Assembly: GCA_001179505.1 (NCBI GenBank)
Contig: CDMY01000149.1
Coordinates: forward strand, 1-64,000
Reading direction: 5' to 3'
Source: Vitrella brassicaformis CCMP3155
Lineage: Eukaryota > Protista > Chromerida
Length of the DNA: 64,000 nt
The number at the start of each line of letters is the position of its first letter. The stretch's first letter is position 1. Both the position numbers and the translations under genes were made by a program. The notes beneath the pieces are model-generated. The model saw only the letters and a program-made list of their open reading frames with translations, had not been told where the DNA came from and ran no database searches. Positions 1-10,989 of the stretch are shown here, piece by piece.

Positions 1-1490
1 CGCCCCTCCACCGCATCGACCAGCCATGTGTAGCGACCCTCTGCCGCCTCGCTCGTCAGGCCCTTCAACTTAATGGGCGCCTGCAGCTGCGCCATCGGCC
101 CCTTCAGGTCGATGACCTCCATGACGGCCTGCACCTCATCCTCCACACCACTCTCGAAGTGCTGGAAATAGTCGCCGTCGCCGGCAAAGAAGCCCTCCCA
201 ATGTGCGGCCCCGCCAACACCATGACTGCCAGCGAGCTGACCGAATAGGTGTCGGTCGAGGGGCTCAGGGGGCCGCGGAGGGGGGCCGAGAGACAGTGGC
301 GCTTGGTGAGCGCCGTAGCGACGCGATGGAGGGCGGCGGGTCGCTGTGGGGTGCGGGCACTGGCGGGGCGATGATGCCCTCGGCCGACTGCAGGGGCTGG
401 ATGGCCTCGTCGATGAGCACTGACAACTCAAGGTCGATCCACTGGGCGAACAGGGTGCTGATGGACGCGTCGAACAACACAAGGGCGTTCTGCCGGTTGA
501 TGTCACCATGCACCCTGCCCGCCTCGTGGATGGCCGGCAGCGCCGACAGCGCCGAAATGGTGAGTCGCCGGTACTCCTCGGGGGGCAGCTTCAGGCGGCC
601 GAGGGTTTGGCCGATCAGGCCGACGCTCCCCTTCTCGGCCGCTCCTGCCGATGCCACCAGCCCTGCCCTAATCTTGGCGAGGTCGGCGAGGGTGACGGAG
701 CCAGTCCAGAGCTCGTGTGCTCTGACGCGGCCAGCCGTCACCCGCAGCTCCTCGCGCTCATCGCCGCTGCCCGCCGCCGCTGCTGCTGCTGCTGCTGGTG
801 ACCGTCTCTGCCGCTGCTTCCTCGCTCGCTCCTTGAGTTTCAACAGCTTCTTGGCCGTCTCCTGGGCGCCCTTGCTCAGCGCTGCGGCTGAAGGACAACA
901 TAAAGCAAGACACAAAGACACCAACCAAACGTGTGTGGGTATGGGTGTGCTGAGGGATCAGTAAAGCTGCTCGTCTCTCACCGCTGCTGGCCGGTATGTC
1001 CTCGTCGTCGGTCTCGTCAGGCCGGCCTGGTGGCGGTGGCTTCTGCTGCAGAGTGGTGCGGGTGGCGTCGGGCAGCATCGCTGAACGGAACAAACACGGC
1101 AGCCAGGCACACAGCTCTCATGAGCCACATTTGGATGTGTCTCCCCTCCCTCCCTCTCTCCCTGTGACCAACTCACCGGCATATTTCGCTAGCACATAGA
1201 AGCCCTGGAGCTTGTAGGTCCGCCTCTTGTGGGCCTCGTCAGGCTTGCTGGCGTGCAGGAATCCCAGGGGACGGTGGCGGTGCAACTGGGCATCCATGAG
1301 GCGGATGGTACGGCTGGTGCCCTCCTCAATCGCCGCCCAGGCCACCATCGGGGGCGTCACGGCCTTCTTCTCCCTCCCCCTGACCCCCTGCAGAGCCTCA
1401 ATGGCCTGCGCCTCGGCCTCCAGCCGCCTCGCCACCTCCGCCCAGCCACCTCCGGACATCATTTGGCGCACCACATGTGGCCCTGATCAG
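1..1490 (-). pseudogene. Divergent protein-kinase-like module, copy 1 (frameshifted, runs off the window edge)
   Basis: ORF 265-924 has LSALPAIHEAGRVHGDINRQNALV...WIDLE, resembling the kinase catalytic loop HxDxKxxN and the DFG position. TDTYSVSSLAV (subdomain IX-like) lies in another frame near 225-260. Upstream exon 1180-1490 reads PPMVAWAAIEEG...KLQGFYVLAKYAG. Confidence 0.6.
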
Positions 1491-1496
1491 GTCGAG

Positions 1497-2830
1497 AATG
1501 TCGGCCTCGAGAGAGGACGAGCGGCTTGGCGTCGTTCTTCTGGAAGTACCCATTTTCTCCAAATCGAACATCCTGTCGGGCTTGGGCAGCGTGCTGACCT
1601 GCAAGCATTCACTCGGCTGATTAGTCCGGTGCGCATGTGCGTGCCTTCCCCTTGTTATGCACGTACGTCGATCTTGTTCAGTTGGCACAAGTGGGAGAAG
1701 ATTCTGGGAGAGGTGCAAGCACACACCACACAACGCAGGCAGTGAACCGACCAGGCAGTCACATCGAAGAGGCGTACTTTGATATGAACGGAGTGCCGTC
1801 TTCGAGCACAGTGTTGAGATAGAACTCCTCCACCGTACGACGGGGGATGAGATTATCGGGGACGTCAACGTAGCTGCACGCACGCGCACACACAAACACG
1901 CACACGTCTGCCCGCGTGTGTGCGAGTGTCATCCCTACTGACGCCGTGCTGATGTGGGCGTCGGAGAAGTAGCTCAGGAACTTGGCTGGGCAGAACGAAG
2001 AACAAGGGAGAGTCGAGGCTCATCACGGGTTCTGCATAGTTGTGTGTCGTGTGGTGGTGCCCACCAGGGTCTACGGTGGCCGACATCAGCACCACCTTGA
2101 TTTGCAGGTTGGCACGCACGAGCTGTCTCACCCTCGCCTGGCACATAACATGCACACGTGCTTGGTCATCTATCTGTGAGCCACGTGCGGTAGCTTACCA
2201 TCACTATTTCGGTGTCGGCGTCGCCTTCGTGAATCTCGTCGAGAAGTGGCGAGGCCCCCGCCCTTTAGCAAATGCAGCGCAACCCCTGCGTGGCATCCAT
2301 ACGCATGCACGCACACACATACAAGACGCTCGTGTGCAGGCCTGCTTCCTCCCTCGCCATCCGGATGCATGTACGTGTGTGTGCGTGTATCGTGAGCGGC
2401 GGACCTTCTGTTACGAACATGATGGGTCTGTTGCATGGCATGGGCGTCCTTTGGTGGCCAATCCGATAGGTGACGTGATCCCTCACCTCTCCGCTGCCCA
2501 GCTTCACAACGCCGCACTCCTTAGCCACCCGCCTGGTAGAACCATCACACATACATACATACACACACACGCACTCTTGTGCTCTTTCTTACTCAGACAC
2601 ATTGGTGACAGCCAGTCGACGGGGCTGGACCGCCAGCACTCTGTCGTGGTCCTGGTTCACCAGTGTCTCAATGATGGCCACCTGTTCATTCAAGGAACCA
2701 GGCCGCACGGAACGGAAACACACACATATTGACTGGACACAGCTGAGTTTTGTGTGTGCGTACCCGTGACGATTTGCCCGAGCCCGTCCGCCCCTGCACG
2801 AGAACGCACCCGCTCTGGCTGCGTTTTGAG
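1497..2830 (-). pseudogene. DEAH/RHA (SF2) helicase fragment, motifs I-III only
   Basis: Exons encode VLVQGRTGSGKSS (Walker A, ~2770-2800), VLAVQPRRLAV (Ia), IMFVTEG (Ib), LLDEIHE (II, DEIH at 2229-2240), VVLMSATVD (III) and PRRTVEEFYL. The segment is nearly identical to ~11850-13170 and joins the kinase module at ~1497. Confidence 0.8.
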
Positions 2831-3170
2831 GTGTACTCCTGCCCACACAGAGACAGAGAGAGACCATTGCATGGATACATGCCTGCTGTATACAATTTCT
2901 GTCCTTACAGTTTCTGAACAAGGGAACGTGGAACAAGTCTCCGGGTCCAGCTAAATATAAAATGTAGGCGGCGATTGCCTCTTCCCGCCTAAAAGCGACA
3001 ACAGCAGAGACACTTGAAAGGATGACAACAGCAGATCGTCATTGTCCCGTCTCACCCTCCCTCCCACGTGTGCCTTACGTGTCCGTCTGGTTGAATTCTC
3101 GTCATCGGTATCCCTGATCTCGATGCGCGTGTCTCCCTCCATGCCGAAGGGCGCCGGCTGGCTCAACCCC

Positions 3171-3470
3171 NNNNNNNNNNNNNNNNNNNNNNNNNNNNNN
3201 NNNNNNNNNNNNNNNNNNNNNNNNNNNNNNNNNNNNNNNNNNNNNNNNNNNNNNNNNNNNNNNNNNNNNNNNNNNNNNNNNNNNNNNNNNNNNNNNNNNN
3301 NNNNNNNNNNNNNNNNNNNNNNNNNNNNNNNNNNNNNNNNNNNNNNNNNNNNNNNNNNNNNNNNNNNNNNNNNNNNNNNNNNNNNNNNNNNNNNNNNNNN
3401 NNNNNNNNNNNNNNNNNNNNNNNNNNNNNNNNNNNNNNNNNNNNNNNNNNNNNNNNNNNNNNNNNNNNNN
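3171..3470. other. Assembly gap (300 N)
   Basis: N run; the same ggctcaaccc sequence lies on both flanks. Confidence 0.99.
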
Positions 3471-3619
3471 GGCTCAACCCCCCCCCCCCCTCGCTTTCTC
3501 TCTCTGTGACTGCAAGCTGAAAGGAATGACTCTACAGTTACATCCAGCCCAGCCGCTCCCCGCCCCGCCCGGCCCGTACTGCTCCAGCCAGCAGCATGAC
3601 GGCCGAGACCCATGTGGGG

Positions 3620-4620
3620 CCGCCCTGGGGCCGCCCGCCCCGTGGATGGCCTGCAGTGCCGACAGCACCGACACGATCAGGCGCCGGTAGACGTTGGCGG
3701 CGAGCTGGAACCGGTGCCGAAGGCGGCCGAGCGTCTGGCGGATCAGCTCCGGGCTCCTCCTCTCGGCCGCAGAGAAGAGAAGAGCTGATGCCGCCAGGCC
3801 CGCCTTGATATTGGCGAGGTCGGCAAGGGTGACGGCGCCAGTCCAGAGCTCGTGCGCCCTGACGTTGCCGACAGTCACCCGCCGGTCCTCGCCCTCATCG
3901 CCACTGACTTCTGCCTCCTCCTCTGCTGCTGCTGACGCTGGTGCCTCGCACGCCGCTCTGCTCATCGTCCTCTCCCTCAGCTCCCGCATCATGTTGCAGA
4001 CGGGGTCGTCGCTGTCGTCTGAGAGACCACACAGAGCAAGACAGAAGCCGACCGACCAAATGAGTGTCGGTATGGGTGCGTCTGTCTGTCTCACCACTTT
4101 CGTTGTCATCTTCGTCCTCGTCCTCGTCAGCCTCATCCGGCTGGTCGGGTGGCGGGTGCTCCTCCTCCAGGGCGATGCGGGTGGCGGCGGGGAGAAACGC
4201 TGAATGGAGGGACAAACACGCACGACAGGCAGGCAGACAACTCCCATGAGCCACGTGTCGTGTGCATGTGTTCCTCTCCTCCCCCATAATCGACTTACCG
4301 GCATATTTATTCAGCACGTAAAACCCCTGCAGCTCCCCCGTTCTCCTCGTGTTGTGCGTCAGCGGCGGCCGCCAGCTGCCATCGAAGCCGAGGTCACGGT
4401 AGCGGTGCCACTTGGCGTCCATCAACCGGATGGTGGGCCTGCTGCCCTCCTCAATTGACCCCCAGGCCACCACTGGGGGCGTAACGGGCTGCCCCTCCCT
4501 CCCCTTGATCCCCTCCAGGGATTCTATGGCCTTGGCGTCGGCCTCCAGCCGCCTCGCCGCCACTGCCTTCTCGTCGTCACGTACGATATTGCCCAGCCCC
4601 GCCGGCACCACCGTCTTGAG
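3620..4620 (-). pseudogene. Protein-kinase-like module, copy 2 (truncated before the catalytic loop)
   Basis: VTVGNVRAHELWTGAVTLADLANIKAGL...YRRLIVSVLSALQAIHGAG is paralogous to copy 1, and so is the exon PPVVAWGSIEEG...ELQGFYVLNKYAG. Similarity stops at AIHG. Confidence 0.65.
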
Positions 4621-5340
4621 CATCAGACGGGTGTCGGGGGTAAGCAGGCCGCTGACACGCCCTCCAGCAGCATGGGGCGGTCCATGCGGACGGGCAGTCG
4701 CACCGCATACCGCCCTGACGGCTCAAAGGCCGACAAGACGGACGTGGGCAGCGAAGGCGGCTGCTGCTGCTGGTGAGGCGCCTGCGGGGGTGGGGGCTGA
4801 TCGACGTTGAAGAACGAAGCGGCGGGGGACGGCGGGCCCATCGACGGGAGCTGTGGCTGCTGGGGTGGTGGTGGTGTGGGGGAGGGCGGCTCGTACGCCT
4901 GCTGATATGGTTCCTTCTGCTCATGCTGCTGGGGCATTGTGGGGGCCATGCTGTCCTGCTGAACCATCGGCTGCAACAAAAAACACATAGAGACGGACAA
5001 TGGGCTCACTGCGAGTCTGTCTGTCCTCTCACCTTGATCTCTTGTGCCACACCGGCTTGGGCCATCATCTGCTGTGACTGTTGTGGCTGCTGCTGCAGCT
5101 GATACCCACCGCTCCCGCCCCCGATCCCCTGCTGCTGCAAGGGCCCGCCCTCCTGCTCAATCAACTGGTTCATCTCAGACGCATTCAGAGACTGAGGCTG
5201 CGACGTCCCGGGCATAATCATGCCGGGCGGCAGTAGGGGGTAGAACTCTGAGGGCATGGCGGACGGCGGACTGCTGCTCACCGTGCGCCCCTGCTGCTGG
5301 TACCCCTGCTGCTGCTGATACGCTCCCGTGGACATCCTCT
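4620..5340 (-). CDS. Gln/Pro-rich low-complexity exons within the array
   Basis: ORFs 5006-5335 and 4623-5009 are Q/P-rich and separated by a GT-AG intron-like segment (~4975-5032). Confidence 0.4.
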
Positions 5341-8300
5341 ACGCTTTTGCCACTGCGGGCGATGGCCTTGGAAGTGAAGATATTGCATCTTCTCACAGCC
5401 TCAAAACGCTCTCTGCAGGCAGGTATAGAGACAGAGAGGGAATGAGTGCGTGGTATGCACCGCTGATGCATGTGTAATCACGGCGCCTGACCGTCTGGTG
5501 GAGGAGCGTCAAGCGTGGAAAGGGCGTCCGTGTCCAGCCAAATATAAAATGTAGGCAGCGATTGCCTCTTCCCGCCTGAATAACAGCAGAGACACCATCA
5601 GAGGGACGTATAGGCCGTCGTGTCTCCGTCCCCTCGCCCTCACCCGACAGCCTCGTGACTGCAGGCACACACGAGACAGCAACACGTCCCTCTGGCTCGG
5701 TTGCAGGCCCTTCTGGAGGCTGGCACAGAGACAGAGAGACAGAGAGAGACCATGGCATGGATACATGCCTGCTATGTACGATTTCTGTCCTTACAGTTTC
5801 TGAGCGTGGGAACGTGGAAAAGGCGTCCGTGTCCAGCTAAATATAAAATGTGGGCAGCGATTGCTCTCCCCATCTGCAAAACAGCAGAGACACCATCCAA
5901 GGACAAGCCAGTGATATCTGTACAGATCATCGCCTCCTGGTCCATCACCTCCTCCTCTGTCTCCCTCTCCTCTCCCTCCTGCTACCGCTGGTGGCTGCTG
6001 GCTGGCGGAGTGCGGCCGTCCTCCTCATCCATCACTTCCTCCTCCTCCTCCCTCTCCCTCCCCTCTCCCGCCCTGGCAGGAGACGCAGCATTGCCCGCGA
6101 TGTTCGGCCGTGCCGTCGCCCTCAGTGGCTGTGCTGGCGGTCCTGCTGCTGCTGTTGAGGCGGCAGTGGTGAGCGCCATGGCGGCTGTCGGTCGAATAAG
6201 CCCCAGTCAGGGTTGTACGCCGCTGGCGCGCGTGCTGCGGTGGTCAGGTGCAGCGGGTGCGGTGCGGCCAGCTGGGCGTGTGGCGGCGGAACATGGCCGG
6301 CAAGGGGAGCGGCTGCCGCCTCCGCCTCCCGGCGAGCCCGGCAGCAAGGCGAGGCGACGAAGGGCTTCGCGCGCGACTCCCAGGGCCACTGTCTGTGGTG
6401 TGGCTGTCTCGGCGCAGGCGGCTTGTGCCGCCTTCGAGCGGGTGACCGCTCAATGGGCTTTTGGTGGGCACAGGGGGTGGGGGTGGCCACATGCAGGTGG
6501 GGTGTTGCTGATGCTGAAAGGCTGTAGAAGGCGGCGGGAGGATGCCAGGTGCCGCTCCATAGCTGAAATGCTGCTGCTGCTGTTGCTGTGGCTGGGTTGC
6601 CGATGGCATCGTGCTGATGCTGGTGCGCTTTGTTTCCTCAAGCAACAGGGGAGGCTGGTGAAAAGGACGACAGGAAGAGAGATGGGTGCACTGCTCGTAT
6701 AGATCGTCCCACAGTTTGTGTCTGCACGGCGTACCGCTTGTCGTGGCGTCAGCACGGCCTTGTGTGCACGGCATCTGCATCCGTCTCCTCATGTCCTCAT
6801 ATTCCTGCGCACAGGCAGACATACATAGACACATGAAAGACATACCTGCCTTTCTCCCTAGCTGCCTGCCCGGCGTGGCTGGCTCACCTGTTGCGGCTGC
6901 ACGAGGGACTTGAGCCCGACGCGCCCAGCACGGCGATTTCCCCTCAGCTGAGGAAAGGCATCTGCACATGGTAAGCAGTCGTTTATGCGACCTTCTTTCT
7001 TTCGTTTGGTGTATGGTGCTCCTGACTGCCTGACCTGGCACATGTATTTGTGGTAGTGGGGGTGGGTTGGCGATTTTGTGCCAGGCCCTCTGTACAGACA
7101 CCAGACGCAGACAAATAAAAGGCCGCACTTCAATGCATATTCTATATATACAGAGGGGGTCGAGCTCCTCTGGCGCCCTCCCGCTTGGCCCTCGATAGCA
7201 ACTGCACACACCGCCGCACACACACACATATGAATGAGCAGCGGCGCACCACATGGTCGTCGTCGTTGACGTCCTCGTCGTCGTCGTCGTCGTCGTCCTC
7301 GGCGGCCGTGTGGCATTTTCCAATGCGGGCCTTGGGTGTGCTGCTGCTGCAAACAGAGAAATCACAACGCTGAAAGCAAAGCTGACCAGACATCTCGTCA
7401 ACACCACCATCATTACTCAGGCCACTCGAACTCCCCTGAATGACAGCAGAGAGACCATGGTATGGATACATGCCCGCTGTGTACAATTGTCCTTACAGTT
7501 TCAGAGCGTGGGAACGTGGAAGAAGTCTCCGTGTCCAGCCAAATATAAAATGTGGGCAGCGATTGCCTCTCCCCATCTGCACAACAGCAGAGACACCATC
7601 ATAGGAAGTCCACTGGGACAAATATGTACAGGCCATGCCCCCCTCTGCTCCGCCCACTCACAACAGCAAGCATCCCTTGGCTGGCTTCTGTGTGTACCCT
7701 CTGCGCGATCATGAACTTCGCCTTCAGCTGGGCCTCGTTCATCGCCTCGCCCGTGCCGCGAGGTTCTTGAAACACATTCTCACCTTGGTGAAGAGTTGGT
7801 CGAGGAGAGGAGCCCACTCCGAGTACGTCCTGTCACTGTAGGGGATGGACTTGTCGAGGCTGAGCTCCTTGAGCGCCTCCCAGACGTGGTGCTGCTGGCC
7901 GCATCGTCTGAATACACGACGTCTTGCCAGAGGATGATCGTCGAATAGCCGAGGCCTTGCAGCACTTCCCGCGGCATGTCATGCAGGACCTCACACTCAA
8001 GGGGAGAGTGAGAAAACAACAGAAGGACGAAGATGAGTGGCGCATGGATACATTGCATGTCGTGTGCGTGCTCCTCCCTTTGTGTGTGTCCGACTCACCC
8101 GACAGAGAAGCCAGAGTTTGGATCAGATGCGGGGGTCAAGGTCGTCTCCTCGCCCGTGGCTGCGAGCAGCTCGAAATACATGCGAGGTCAGCAGTCCACT
8201 GCGAGTGAGTCGCTGACCTCGTCGCGACCACGATCGTCTGAGTAGCCGCGGCCTTGTAGTTCTTCTCGCGGCGCTGGAGGTAGCCGGGACAGCTGCAGGC

Positions 8301-8599
8301 ACCCACCCAGGGCCAAATAGGGGAGGGTGCTCTGATCTCTGAGAGGCGGAAGCAAAGAGCTGAATAATGAAGCAAGTAGAAGCCGTCTGCCTTCCCTCTC
8401 ACCTTTTTGGTCACACATGAGGCGATAGGACGCGGGTCTCCGGCGCACCGACGACGAATATAAAATGTAAGCAGCGATTGCCTCGCCCTGCCTGAGCTAC
8501 AGATGAGACACAATCAAGGGGAGACCATGTGACAATATGTATATGCCATGCCTCTCAGCCTGACCCATGGCAGTCGTCTACACACCTAGGCATCGACAT

Positions 8600-9460
8600 G
8601 CCCGGCAGCTCAAAGGTGGCGCTCACAGGAGCTGCAACAACCAAGCCACAGAGAGAAAGCGATGGATGGTGTCTCTGCAGGCAATGTGTGTGAATGATGT
8701 GGGGGGCAGGTGAAGGCGGTGGAGGGTTTGGCTGATGAGCTTCACGCTCCTCCACTGGGCGACCGAGAGGAATTTCGATGCCGGCGCCCCTGACTTGATC
8801 TTGGCGATGTAGGCGAGGTCGGTGAGGGTGACGGCGCCTGCCGGCCGCTCCACAACCGCCGCTGCTGCTCCTGATCCTCCCAGTGGTCCCTTCCTTGCCC
8901 TCTCCCGGAGGTAGAGCAGCGTCTCGGCCTCCATGCAATTCGCACCTGAAGAGCAACATTAAGCAGGACACAGACCGACCAACCAGATGTGTGGGAGTAT
9001 GGGTGGGTGTGTCAAGGGGTCGATATGACTGTCTGTTTCTCACCGCTGTCTGTCGGTGCGTCCCCGTAGTTGTCGGTCTCGTCCGGCCGGCCTGGTGGGG
9101 GAGGCTGCTGCTCCAGGAAGGTGCCGGTCGACTGGGGCAAGAAGGCTGAGGGGAAGAAACACGGCCAAGCAGACAGACAACTCCCATGAGCCACGTGTCG
9201 AGTGCAAGTGTTCCTCCCCTCCCCCACAGCACAGCAGCTTACCGGCGTACTCTGTCAGCATGTACAAGCCCTGCAACTCCACCGGCACCCTCCGGTGCGT
9301 CGTCGGTGGCCGCGTCACGTCCAGGAAGCCCAGCGCACGGTAGCGGTGCAACTGGGCATCCATGAGGCGGATGGTGGGGCTGGTGCCCTTCCTCAATCGC
9401 CGCCCAGGCCACCACTGGGGGCGTCACGGCCTTCTCTTCCCTCCCCGTGATCAGACCTGC
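8600..9460 (-). pseudogene. Protein-kinase-like module, copy 3 (degenerate, frameshifted)
   Basis: PPVVAWAAIEEG/TSPTIRLMDAQLHRYRALGFL...ELQGLYMLTEYAG and GAVTLTDLAYIAKIKSG...LISQTLHRL are homologous to copies 1 and 2. Confidence 0.6.
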
Positions 9461-10373
9461 GACACGCCACACACGCCAAGCCGACAACAACCAAGGCACA
9501 TGCCACATAGTGATATCCGTCAGGCCATCCTCTCAACATTGGTGGCGTTTGCCGCGGGCGATGGTGCTGCGGGTATAGCATCCTCGACAGCCCCTCCAAA
9601 CAGTCTCTGCAGGCAGGTATAGAGACAGAGAGGGAATGAGTGCATGGTGTGTCCCGCTCAGTCGTGTGTGATCACGGTGCCTGACCGTCTGGGGGAGGAG
9701 CGTCAAGCGTGGAAAGGGCGTCCGTGTCCAGCCAACTATAAAATGTAGACAGCGATTGCCTCTCCCCGCCTGAATAACAGCAGAGACACCATCAGAGGGA
9801 CGTATAGGCCGTCGTGCCTCCGTCCCCTCGCCCTCACCCGACAGCCTCGTGACTGCAGACACACAACACGAGACAGTAACACGTCCCTCTGGCTCGGATT
9901 CCATCCCCTTCTGCAGGCTGGCACAGAGACAGAGAGAGACCACGGCATGGAAGTGGCATGGACGCATACCTGCTGTGTACAATTTCTGTCCTTACAGTCT
10001 CTGAGCGTGGGAACGTGGAAGAACTCTCCGTGTCCAGCTAAATATAAAATATAGGCAGCGATGGCCTCTCCCCATCTGGACAACAGCAGAGACACCACAC
10101 ACGGCAAGCCAACAGCAGCCAAGGCACAGGCCACATAGTGATATCCGTCAGTCCATTCAGCGACCCTCCCTTCGTCCCTCTTTCCCTTGTGGCTCTCTGA
10201 TGTCTCACCCGGTGGAAAGAGGTCCTCATCGAGAGGAATGGTTTCAACTAGACAGCGTCCCGGGGCTCTGTTCACATGCTGATGCTGCTGCTGATGGTGT
10301 AGGAAAGGGGGTGGGAAGGGGAGTGGGAAGGGAGGAGGGAAGGGGAGTGGCGGGGGGGGGGGGGGGAGGGAAG

Positions 10374-10673
10374 NNNNNNNNNNNNNNNNNNNNNNNNNNN
10401 NNNNNNNNNNNNNNNNNNNNNNNNNNNNNNNNNNNNNNNNNNNNNNNNNNNNNNNNNNNNNNNNNNNNNNNNNNNNNNNNNNNNNNNNNNNNNNNNNNNN
10501 NNNNNNNNNNNNNNNNNNNNNNNNNNNNNNNNNNNNNNNNNNNNNNNNNNNNNNNNNNNNNNNNNNNNNNNNNNNNNNNNNNNNNNNNNNNNNNNNNNNN
10601 NNNNNNNNNNNNNNNNNNNNNNNNNNNNNNNNNNNNNNNNNNNNNNNNNNNNNNNNNNNNNNNNNNNNNNNNN
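10374..10673. other. Assembly gap (300 N)
   Basis: N run flanked by G-rich sequence. Confidence 0.99.
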
Positions 10674-10989
10674 GGACGGGCTGCCCGGCCAAGGGGGGAG
10701 GGAAGGGGATGGGGAAGGGCGGTGGAAGGTATGCGCCGACACGCGCGAAACAGAGGCCGGCCGGGGCAGGCGGGTGACCGCCGTGCCCGGCCGAGGCCTC
10801 TGCGGTGCGGCCTGAGCATCGAAATGGGCACCTGCGCACCACGCTCCCTCTATCATCATCCTCATCATCGTCATGATCATGAGGAGGAGGTGGTGGTGGC
10901 GCCCAACACCTACACACGTGCGGCCTGTGATGCTGATAGAGCATTTCTCCAGCCTTCGCAACAACACTGAGAGAGAAAAGGCTGAGTCG

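Larger units (their letters stand above)
2870..10097 (-). repeat. Dispersed repeat X (~90-150 bp, exon-like), 7 copies
   Basis: Core ccag(c/t)(t/c)aaatataaaatg...gcgattgcctc...aacagcagagacac occurs near 2950, 5540, 5840, 7545, 8460 (partial), 9740 and 10045. On the minus strand it translates as VSLLLxRWGEAIAAYILYLAGHGxFFHVPTLRxCKDRNCxQQ. Confidence 0.9.

Noticed and set aside
3160-3490. Direct repeat ggctcaaccc flanking the first N gap as a target-site duplication
   Set aside because: It is more simply explained as overlapping contig ends at a poly-C run that were left unmerged.
5700-7420. Long overlapping ORFs (333 aa on +, 389 aa on -)
   Set aside because: They are low-complexity, GC-rich open frames with no motifs, crossing intron-like microsatellites. 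They are probably decayed array linker sequence.
7640-8340. Possible kinase C-lobe exons (ADLA.../MYFELL)
   Set aside because: The similarity is too weak and frameshifted to call without a profile search.
2870-10097. Repeat X as a CRISPR array or a TATA-box promoter (aaatataaaa)
   Set aside because: Spacing is irregular and kb-scale, the context is eukaryotic, and the motif translates consistently as an exon on the minus strand.
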